A stretch of DNA of 40,719 bases, from NCBI GenBank assembly GCA_051891975.1, contig JBJFFT010000040.1, positions 1 to 40,719 of the forward strand. The letters run 5' to 3'. Below are positions 35,032-40,719 of this stretch, piece after piece. Numbering within the stretch: the stretch's first letter is position 1; every line of letters begins with the position of its first letter. The DNA comes from Candidatus Spyradenecus sp. (GTDB lineage Bacteria > Verrucomicrobiota > Kiritimatiellia > RFP12 > DVOR01). Both the position numbers and the translations under genes were made by a program. The notes beneath the pieces were generated by a model. The model saw only the letters and a list, made by a program, of their open reading frames with translations, had not been told where the DNA came from and did no database searches.

Positions 35032-35529
35032 CTAGCCGTTCGTGCCGCGCTTGCTTGAGCGGCGGCGCTTGTAGGGCTTGGCCGGGCGCATAGCTTGGAT
35101 GAGCTCGATGAATTGGTTGACGTCGGCGAAGGCGGAGTAGACCGAGGCGAAGCGGACGTAGGCGACGGCGTCGAGTTCGCTCAGGCGGTTCATCACGGTC
35201 TGGCCGAGCCAGGCGGAGGAGACCTCGGGCTTATTGAGGCGTTCGAGGTCCTCAAGGATGGTGTTGATGAGCTCGGCAATGCGCTCGCTGGGAATGGGGC
35301 GCTTGCGGCAGGCCGAGAGAATACCGCGCTCGAGCTTGGCCTGGTCGAAGTCCTCGCGGTGGCCGTCGCGCTTGACGAGCTTGGGCAGACGGCGCTCGAT
35401 GCGTTCGTAGGAGGTGAAGCGCGCGCCGCAGAGGATGCACTCGCGCCGACGGCGGACGGAGCGGCCGTCATCGGCCACGCGGCTGTCGATGACCTTATCG
35501 TTATTCTTGCCGCAGTGGGGGCAGCGCAT
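35032..35529 (-). CDS. nrdR: Transcriptional repressor NrdR
   Basis: MRCPHCG...VIDSR...RRRRECILCGARFTSYE zinc ribbon plus ATP-cone region. Confidence 0.95.
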   Translation of the reverse strand: MRCPHCGKNNDKVIDSRVADDGRSVRRRRECILCGARFTSYERIERRLPKLVKRDGHREDFDQAKLERGILSACRKRPIPSERIAELINTILEDLERLNKPEVSSAWLGQTVMNRLSELDAVAYVRFASVYSAFADVNQFIELIQAMRPAKPYKRRRSSKRGTNG

Positions 35530-35536
35530 AGGGTGG

Positions 35537-36301
35537 CTAGACGATGGCCTTGACGGCGGCCCGGGCGATGGTCAGCCCCTCGGTGCCGGGGACCTTGGTG
35601 ACGTTGCGCGGGTCGATGAAACAAGCGCGCTCGGGCAGACGCTCGGCGGCGTAGAGGACGACGGGGAGGGTCTGGCCAGCGGGGAGCTTGCGGAGGATCT
35701 CGAGGACGCCATCGGCGCTCATCCCTTCGCAGTCCATCGGGAGGATGAGGCCGGCGGGGCGGCGCGCGATGACCGCCTCGATGGCCTCGGGACCGGTGCG
35801 CACCACCTCGACGGTGAAGCCACCCTTGCCCAACGCTTCGCAGAGGGCGTTGGCGCGAATGGCGTTAGCCTCGGCGAGGACAACGAGGCGGCGGATGTCC
35901 TCGCCCACCACCATCGTCTCGCCGCGCGGCAGATCGCTCTCCATAAAGAGGATGCGCTGGACCTCGGCGACGAGTTCGTCGGGGTCGGCGGGCTTGGTGA
36001 GGAAGCCGGCGATCTGCTTGCTCGCGAAGAACTCGGCCAGGTCGCTGCGGGCGGTGAGGACGAGGACGGGCACGCGGGTGCGCCCCAGCCGGTCGGTGAT
36101 GCGCTCGAGGAAGCCGGTGCCGCCCATCCCGGGCATTCCCATATCGAGGATGACCAGGTCGGGCAAGGCTTCGAGCATACACTGCAGGGCGGCCTCCCCG
36201 GAGTCGGCGCAGGTCACCTCATAACCCGCACCCACCAGGAAGTCGCCCAACATCATTCGGATGTTCGGATCGTCATCGACCAGCAGAAGGCGCTTGTTCA
36301 T
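35537..36301 (-). CDS. Tandem receiver-domain protein (canonical REC plus degenerate second REC, no output domain)
   Basis: First REC: LLLVDDDP...LVILDMGMPGMGG...LTKP. The second REC-like half lacks the N-terminal acidic pair (VVLAEAN). Confidence 0.85.
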   Translation of the reverse strand: MNKRLLLVDDDPNIRMMLGDFLVGAGYEVTCADSGEAALQCMLEALPDLVILDMGMPGMGGTGFLERITDRLGRTRVPVLVLTARSDLAEFFASKQIAGFLTKPADPDELVAEVQRILFMESDLPRGETMVVGEDIRRLVVLAEANAIRANALCEALGKGGFTVEVVRTGPEAIEAVIARRPAGLILPMDCEGMSADGVLEILRKLPAGQTLPVVLYAAERLPERACFIDPRNVTKVPGTEGLTIARAAVKAIV

Positions 36302-36304
36302 TGA

Positions 36305-37711
36305 TTAGTCGGCCAGGAACGCGCGGTAGGCGCGGTAGGTCATGTAGCAATCGAACTTGGAGGCGGCCTCCCAGGGGGCGTGCATATTGAGCAGGGGCAC
36401 GCCAAAGTCGACCACATCCATCCCGTAGCGGGCGAGGTAGAGGGCGATGGTGCCGCCGCCGCCCTTCTCGCAACGGCCGAGCTCGCCGGCCTGCCAGGTG
36501 ACGCCGTCGGCCGCGAAGATGCGGCGCAAGTCGGCGATGAACTCGGCACGCGCGTCGGAGGCGCCGCCCTTGCCGCGGGCGCCGGTGTACTTGATAAGGC
36601 AGCCGCCGGCATTCATCAGGGCCATATTGTTGGGCGAATCGGCGTTGGGGAAGTGCGGGTCGCTGGCGGCGCAGACATCGGCCGAGAGCATCCGGCTACG
36701 CTCCAGGGCGCGGCGGACGGCGAGGTCGCCGGCGGTGGGCTCTTGGCGGGCGATGAGTTCGGCCACGGAGTTCTCGAAGAAGGTCGAGTCCATCCCCGTG
36801 GCGCCGACCGAGCCAATCTCTTCCTTGTCGCAGAGGAGGACCATGCCGGTCTTGCGCGGCACGGCGGGCAGGTCCATCAAGGCCTTGAGCCCGGCGTAGG
36901 CGCAGACGCGGTCATCGTGGCCGTAGCCGACGATCATCGAGCGGTCGAGCCCGAGGTCGCGCGGCATCCCGGCGGGGACGATTTCGAGCTCGGCGGAGAG
37001 GAAGTCCTCCTCGGTGATGCCATATTCGCGCTCGAGGAGGCGGAGAATGTTGAGCTTGACCTTGTCCTTGATGTCCTCGTCGTCATCGTCCTTGGCGGCG
37101 GGGAGCGAGCCGATCAGCAGGTCCATATCCTCGGGGTCAAAGGCCTCGGCGAGTTTCTTGCCGGCCTGCTCGGCGCCGAAGTGGGGGAGGATGTCGGTAA
37201 TCTGGAAGACGGGGTCCTCGGGCTTGTCGCCGATGGCGATTTCCACCTGCGTGCCGTCGGGCTTGGCCACCACCCCGTAGAGGGCCAGCGGATGGATGAG
37301 CCAGTGGAACTTCTTGATGCCGCCATAGTAATGGGTGTCGAAGTAGGCAAAGCCGCCCTTTTCGCAGACCGGCACCGGCTTGAGGTCGATACGCGGCGCG
37401 TCGGTGTGGCCGCCGATAACATTGATGCCCCCGCTCACCGGCTCGGTGCCGATGACCGCCGCCATCAGCGTCTTGCCGTGATAGCCGCGATAGACTTTAT
37501 CCCCAGGCTTGAGGGTGTCGACCTGCGAGAGCTCCTTGAAGCCCAGCGCCTCGATGCGCCGCACGGCCTCGGCATACGCCCGCCGCTCGGTCTTGGCAAT
37601 CCCCAGGTAGCTGAGATAATCCTTGGCATACGCTTCGCACGCCTGCGCCTCGGCCTCCGTCATCGAACGCACGCCGTTCTCGCGCTTGATACAACCTTGC
37701 AACTTGCTCAT
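36305..37711 (-). CDS. M18-family aminopeptidase
   Basis: GGHTDAPRIDLKP, DKEEIGSVGATGM, GGGTIA, and PLLNMHAPWE are patterns typical of M18 aminopeptidases. Confidence 0.85.
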   Translation of the reverse strand: MSKLQGCIKRENGVRSMTEAEAQACEAYAKDYLSYLGIAKTERRAYAEAVRRIEALGFKELSQVDTLKPGDKVYRGYHGKTLMAAVIGTEPVSGGINVIGGHTDAPRIDLKPVPVCEKGGFAYFDTHYYGGIKKFHWLIHPLALYGVVAKPDGTQVEIAIGDKPEDPVFQITDILPHFGAEQAGKKLAEAFDPEDMDLLIGSLPAAKDDDDEDIKDKVKLNILRLLEREYGITEEDFLSAELEIVPAGMPRDLGLDRSMIVGYGHDDRVCAYAGLKALMDLPAVPRKTGMVLLCDKEEIGSVGATGMDSTFFENSVAELIARQEPTAGDLAVRRALERSRMLSADVCAASDPHFPNADSPNNMALMNAGGCLIKYTGARGKGGASDARAEFIADLRRIFAADGVTWQAGELGRCEKGGGGTIALYLARYGMDVVDFGVPLLNMHAPWEAASKFDCYMTYRAYRAFLAD

Positions 37712-37762
37712 AACCTTACCTTTCTGAAGGGACTCTCCGCGGCCCGCGCCGCCAAGGGTCGC

Positions 37763-38872
37763 CTAAAATCCATAACGATAGATGTCCATCACCTCTTCGG
37801 GCGAGGGCATCGTGCGGTAGCGCCGGACCACTTCCAGGCGCAACGGCTCGCGCGTGAAGCGCACCAACTCCTCCTCGCTGGGCACTTCGCGCGCGCAGCC
37901 CAGCCGATCGAGCAGCATATCCACCAGCGCCTGGAACTCCTCGGGCGCTTGAATGCCCAGCGCCTTCAGGAGTTGCGCCGTCCGCTCCGGGCACGAGTGC
38001 TCCATAAACTCCAGATACCCGGCCAGCAGCACCCCATTCGCCCGCCCGTGCGGTAGCTGCTTGTAGTAGGTCAGCGGATAGCCCATCGCGTGCACCAGCC
38101 CGGTCCCCGCCTGCGCGATGACCATCCCCGCCACCATCGAGCCATAGAGCAACCGCGCGCGGTTCACAAAGGTGCCGTGGGCCAGGCGCACCAGCTCGGG
38201 CATCACTACGCCAATTGCTTCCAGCGCCAGCGAGAGCGAGAGCGCGTCCGAGCGCAGCGAATAGGCCCCTTCGATGGCGTGCGAGAGCGCGTCCAGCGCC
38301 GTGTCGCAGACCACCTGATCGGGCAGCGAGGCCAGGTAGCGCCCGTCGAGCAAGGCCACGCGCGGGAAGAATTGCGGCCCCGAGACGTTCACCTTCGTGC
38401 GCGCGTGGTGGTTAGTAATGATGGCGTAGGGCGTCACCTCGCTGCCTGTGCCGCAGGTAATCGGCACCGCAGCAATCGGCAGCACCTCGTCGCCTGGCTG
38501 AGGTTTTTCGGCAAAGAAGTCCTCGCGGTCAATCTTGCTGCCCACCACCCAGGCAATCGCCTTGGCCGCGTCCATCGCCGAGCCGCCGCCCACGGCCACC
38601 ACAAAGTCGCACCCCTCGGCCTGCGCCACCGCCGCGCCCGCGTACACCTGCGCATCATCCGGGTTCTCGCCCACGCCATTGAAGTGCGCCCACGCCACGC
38701 GCCGCGCCTCGAGCGCCTGCTGCACATCCGCCAGCGCCCCCGACGCCTCCGCCCCGTGCTTCCCGGTCACAATCAGCGCCTTGCGCCCCAGCACCAACGC
38801 CTCCGTATGACGCAACACGCAGCCTTCGCCCTCAAAGATTTCCGTCGGAAGATAAAAGTGTACCCTGTTCAT
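37763..38872 (-). CDS. Iron-containing alcohol dehydrogenase family protein
   Basis: VAVGGGSAMDAAKA, and HAIE plus HAMGYPL metal-ligand regions. ATG 38872 (MNRVHFYLPTEI) was chosen over the 38995 extension. Confidence 0.9.
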   Translation of the reverse strand: MNRVHFYLPTEIFEGEGCVLRHTEALVLGRKALIVTGKHGAEASGALADVQQALEARRVAWAHFNGVGENPDDAQVYAGAAVAQAEGCDFVVAVGGGSAMDAAKAIAWVVGSKIDREDFFAEKPQPGDEVLPIAAVPITCGTGSEVTPYAIITNHHARTKVNVSGPQFFPRVALLDGRYLASLPDQVVCDTALDALSHAIEGAYSLRSDALSLSLALEAIGVVMPELVRLAHGTFVNRARLLYGSMVAGMVIAQAGTGLVHAMGYPLTYYKQLPHGRANGVLLAGYLEFMEHSCPERTAQLLKALGIQAPEEFQALVDMLLDRLGCAREVPSEEELVRFTREPLRLEVVRRYRTMPSPEEVMDIYRYGF

Positions 38873-39052
38873 AACGCCCGTAGTATAGCACAACAGCGCC
38901 CTCGCGCGCACGCGGAACCACGCCTTGGGGCGGGGCTGGCGCGAAGGAGCCGCTAGGGCTCTGTCGGGCCGCCTCGGAGGGCGGCTATGCACCACGCTTA
39001 CCGAAACGCGCTGTGCCCCGAACCCCTATGGCCCTCGCACCTGCCCCGCCGG

Positions 39053-39132
39053 GAGGTAGGGCCTAGGTCACCTCGAGGGAGGGCCTAGGTCACCTCGAGG
39101 TAGGGCCTAGGTCGAGCTGAGGTAGGGCCTAT
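39053..39132. repeat. REP-like array 5 (about 3.5 units, 22-nt register)
   Basis: Units at 39053, 39075, 39097 and 39119: GAGG(T/G)AGGGCCTAGGTC plus linker. Confidence 0.95.
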
Positions 39133-39177
39133 CGCGCGCGCGTACGCGTGTGGAGCGCGTGCGCATACGCGCGCGTA
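39133..39177. repeat. Alternating purine-pyrimidine tracts (20 nt + 23 nt) forming an imperfect inverted repeat, fused to REP array 5
   Basis: CGCGCGCGCGTACGCGTGTG (39133-39152) and GCGCGTGCGCATACGCGCGCGTA (39155-39177). The arms CGCGCGCGTACGCG and CGCATACGCGCGCG are complementary with one mismatch. Confidence 0.8.
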
Positions 39178-39219
39178 AAATGTAATAAGGTCTGCCATTG
39201 CGGAAGCCCGCGGGGAAGG

Positions 39220-39248
39220 TTGCCTTGGCGGGGTGTGTTTGGTAAAGT
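39220..39248 (+). promoter_or_regulatory. Promoter candidate: TTGCCT, 17-nt spacer, TGgTAAAGT
   Basis: Hexamers at 39220-39225 and 39243-39248 with TG at 39240-39241. The -10 ends 6 nt before ATG 39255. Confidence 0.4.
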
Positions 39249-39254
39249 ATGGGT

Positions 39255-40433
39255 ATGCGTTTGGCGATTTATAAGGATGTGATGACTTCGGGGCGCGGTG
39301 CGGACCGTGCGACGGGGGCGTTGGCCAATGCCTTGGCCGAGCGCGGGGTGGAGGTGCATCTGCTGACGCAGGCGCCGGAGGGGGGGAAGGCGCTCTCGGT
39401 GGACTTTGGGCCGCAGGTGCGGGTGCATTGCGTGGCGGTGCCGCCGCGGCGGGGGCTGCGCTGGCGGATGAACAAGCTGCTGATGAAGAGCGCGTGGGGA
39501 GCGCGATTGCTACGGCGGGCGCTGCCAGGGTGCGATTGGGTGCTGCAGACCTCGCGGCGGGTGCGCGCGGAGTTGGCGGCAATTGCGCCCGAGGGGGTGC
39601 TCTCGGCCGGGAGCAATGAGCTGATTGAGCTGATGGCCGAAGGGGCGTTGCCCTGGCCGGTCATTCAGATGTTCCACGTCTATCCGCCGACCTGCTTTGG
39701 CAAGAACAAGGAGCAGCGGGTGGCGCGGCTGAAGGCGGCGATGGCGCAGGTGGTGGCGAGCCAGGTGCTCTTGCCCTCCTTCCGGAAGCTGCTCGCGCCC
39801 TACACGGCCGCGCCGGTGGTGGCGATTGGCAATGCGGTGGTCTTTGGCGGGGTGGGGGCTGCGCCCGAGGCGCGCGAAAAGCAGGTGGCCTACGTGGCCT
39901 ATTTCACCAAGGACAAGAACCACGAGGCGCTCTTGGAGACCTTCGCGCGGCTGGAGCGGGCCGAGGGGTGGACCCTGGAGCTCTACGGCAGCGGCACGGC
40001 GGCTTGGGAGGCGCGGTTGCGCGCCAAGGCCGAGGCGCTGGGGATTGCCGGGCGGGTTCACTTTAATGGGGTGGTGGCCAAGCCGGCGGAGGTGCTCTCT
40101 CGCGCGGCGATCTGCGCCTATCCTTCGCGGGTCGAGGGCTTTGGGATGGCACTGGTCGAGGCGATGGGCGCGGGGTGCGCGTGCGTGGGCTTTGCCGATG
40201 CGCCGGGAGTCAACGAGTTGATCGAGCCCGGGCGGACCGGTCTGCTGGCCGCGCCGGGGGTGGCGGGTTTTGCGGCGGCGCTGCAGCAGCTGGTCGATGA
40301 TGCGGCGCTGCGCGCGCAGGTGGGGCAGGCGGCCGCGCGGACGGTGCGTGACGCGTGGTCTGGCGAGACCATTTGGCGGGCGTGGATGGACTTTTTGTGT
40401 GCGACCCTGACGGGCGAAAGGAGCAGAGGATGA
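39255..40433 (+). CDS. GT4-family (GT-B fold) glycosyltransferase
   Basis: MRLAIYKDV...GGADR N-terminus and C-terminal EGFGMALVEAMGAGCACVG motif. The alternative ATG at 39249 abuts the predicted -10. Confidence 0.88.
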   Translation: MRLAIYKDVMTSGRGADRATGALANALAERGVEVHLLTQAPEGGKALSVDFGPQVRVHCVAVPPRRGLRWRMNKLLMKSAWGARLLRRALPGCDWVLQTSRRVRAELAAIAPEGVLSAGSNELIELMAEGALPWPVIQMFHVYPPTCFGKNKEQRVARLKAAMAQVVASQVLLPSFRKLLAPYTAAPVVAIGNAVVFGGVGAAPEAREKQVAYVAYFTKDKNHEALLETFARLERAEGWTLELYGSGTAAWEARLRAKAEALGIAGRVHFNGVVAKPAEVLSRAAICAYPSRVEGFGMALVEAMGAGCACVGFADAPGVNELIEPGRTGLLAAPGVAGFAAALQQLVDDAALRAQVGQAAARTVRDAWSGETIWRAWMDFLCATLTGERSRG

Positions 40434-40719
40434 GCGAGCGGCCGAGACTGTCGATTTCGTTTTGCATATCGGATAACTACGCGCAGCACTTGGCGGTGGT
40501 GGTGGCTTCGATGCTGACCAATACGCCGGGGTGCGACTTCCGCTTCCACGTGCTCTATAGCGCGCTGCGCGAGGAGACCGTGGCGCGGCTGAAGGGGTGG
40601 GCCGAGGCCTCGCAGGGGCGCTTTGAGTTCTGCTTCCACCAGGTCGACCGGCGCCACTTCGATGCCTTTCCGCTGCCGCTCGAGCACATCACCCAGGAGA
40701 TGTACTACCGCTATCTCCT
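40430..40719 (+). CDS. GT8-family glycosyltransferase, 5' part (runs off the window)
   Basis: Hand translation MSERPRLSISFCISDNYAQHLAVVVASMLTNTPGCDFRFHVLYSALREE...HITQEMYYRYL matches the GT8 N-terminal pattern. ATGA overlap with the upstream stop. Not in the supplied ORF track because it has no stop. Confidence 0.8.
   Translation, partial: MSERPRLSISFCISDNYAQHLAVVVASMLTNTPGCDFRFHVLYSALREETVARLKGWAEASQGRFEFCFHQVDRRHFDAFPLPLEHITQEMYYRYL

Overview
High-GC (about two-thirds G+C by eye) bacterial chromosomal segment, densely coding and mostly housekeeping. Left to right: a RAYT-type HUH transposase running off the left edge; a Bax-inhibitor/YccA membrane protein; a Lys-rich secreted protein; hisD; a secreted beta-propeller protein; a 694-aa orphan protein; a DUF2029/GT-C-like membrane protein; a 1219-aa secreted discoidin + propeller + 2x CxxCH + FGE-sulfatase-domain protein (minus strand); the full F1Fo ATP synthase operon atpBEFHAGDC; tRNA-Arg(ACG) and an initiator-like tRNA-Met(CAT); a 1132-aa polytopic/TPR membrane protein followed by xseA; a ~1.8-kb low-GC islet (truncated XRE/ImmA-like regulator, a start-less basic ORF, an acidic 132-aa ORF, a 138-aa ORF); ppx-ppk1; an exported flavodoxin / cupin-CMD / Tat-DUF362 / CbiM-PDGLE cluster with a divergent AraC regulator; nrdR, a tandem-receiver protein, an M18 aminopeptidase and an Fe-alcohol dehydrogenase; then the start of a glycosyltransferase cluster. 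The non-coding DNA is unusually structured. It holds five intergenic arrays of a GTAG/CTAC-containing palindromic unit in strict 22-nt register (REP-like, matching the RAYT gene), and a second GC hairpin repeat family. It also holds alternating purine-pyrimidine tracts fused to two REP arrays, heptad arrays of stop-codon-bearing 7-mers right after three genes, and an AT-rich 22-nt tandem repeat. The best candidates for something new are the low-GC islet (possible orphan toxin/immunity-like cassette), the RAYT/22-nt REP system, and the exported redox/metal cluster. Gene content is compatible with a PVC-superphylum organism, but that is inference only. Nothing here was checked against databases.
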